Made by a program: the position numbers and the translations under genes. 64,000 bases of DNA from assembly GCA_965113315.1 (NCBI GenBank), contig OZ220367.1; one strand, given 5' to 3'. This document shows, one piece after another, positions 63,237 to 64,000 of this stretch (position 1 is the first letter of the stretch; every line of letters starts with the position of its first letter). The stretch is from Podarcis vaucheri. Lineage: Eukaryota. Under the pieces are notes generated by a model, which worked only from the letters and a program-made list of their open reading frames with translations, did not search any database and was not told the origin of the DNA.

Positions 63237-64000
63237 CAATTTGCATCCCACAGAATTCAAATTGTAATACAATAAAATACAAGGGATGAAATAAGAAATA
63301 CAAATACAATTAAAAATCAGTATGAATATTCAATGCAGACATGCTGCAGACCACCTGAATAAAGCTCATGGTCCACAGACCACAGTTTGGGAACCCCTGC
63401 CCTATGAAACAACTTTGAACTCAATGGGACTTACTTCTGAGCAGCCATGAATAGGCTCTCACTGTACGGCTTCATTTGCACACAGATGTAGCTGAATGTT
63501 CACCATCATATCTGAGCTCCTGGCAGACAACAGTTTTCTCAAAGCTGCTCAGAAACATTTCTGTTCTGAAAGTTAACCTCTGCACCTGACAGAGACACCG
63601 ATGAGAAGCAACTGAGAGGCAAACTCTTGCCTAATGTGGAAATGTTGCATGGCAAGTGTTTTGTAGACATGTGGATAATTGAGGGAAACTTTTTTTTTTA
63701 ACAGCACATTGCAAGCATGGAAACAATAATAATAGAGCAGGTGACAACTTGGAGGGAGATTTTGACTAACATGTCATGTATTTTGTGCATTTCATTGCAC
63801 ATTGCCTCTAGCACTTATATAGCATAGTAGCAATATATAGATATTAAAAAGAAACAAACTGTTTGCAATGTCACATTGGAGGAATCCAGAGGTGCTCCAA
63901 AACAGGGAACTGATGCACAAATATATGTCTTACAGTTCTTAGATCTTATGACCAGTCACTGTGAGGACCTGAGGGTAACTGCCATGACAGCTAGAGACAA

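Larger units (their letters stand above)
55600..64000 (+). other. Intron following the first coding exon of the TMT opsin, extending beyond the window
   Basis: GTAAGT donor at 55600. I found no exon encoding the expected continuation (IVSLxSLxxLSYERY-like) in the remaining 8.4 kb, which is mostly repeats; two N-gaps cannot be inspected. Confidence 0.75.

Noticed and set aside
1-64000. CRISPR arrays, operons or prokaryotic defence systems
   Set aside because: The sequence is vertebrate genomic DNA, with no regularly spaced repeat-spacer array or dense coding structure.

Overview
This is eukaryotic, repeat-rich vertebrate DNA, almost certainly from a squamate reptile and probably a lacertid lizard (inferred from Sauria SINEs, Bov-B and lizard-type L1/L2/CR1 elements). 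It is a scaffold with four N-gaps. The only confidently identifiable host gene is the first coding exon of a TMT (teleost multiple tissue / Opn3-group) non-visual opsin at 55221-55599 (+); its intron runs past the window end. Two low-confidence candidate exons of an unidentified upstream gene lie near 0.7 and 2.7 kb. The rest is intergenic or intronic DNA carrying TA-flanked Tc1/mariner-type MITEs, 8-bp-TSD hAT MITEs, solo LTRs with 5-bp TSDs, an LTR followed by a tRNA-Ser PBS, SINEs, LINE fragments and Penelope relics with decayed hammerhead motifs. The most interesting signal is a complete 2.2-kb L1-dependent element with no reverse transcriptase and a single ORF (half-L1-like). A diverged second copy preserves its reading frame, stop position and junction to the L1 tail. 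Other points of note are a young tandem duplication with an L1 filler at the junction, a uORF whose stop overlaps the opsin ATG, and two inverted-repeat structures. Most ORFs in the supplied track are spurious or transposon-derived. All alignments and identities were judged by eye, and family assignments rest on remembered consensus features, not database searches.
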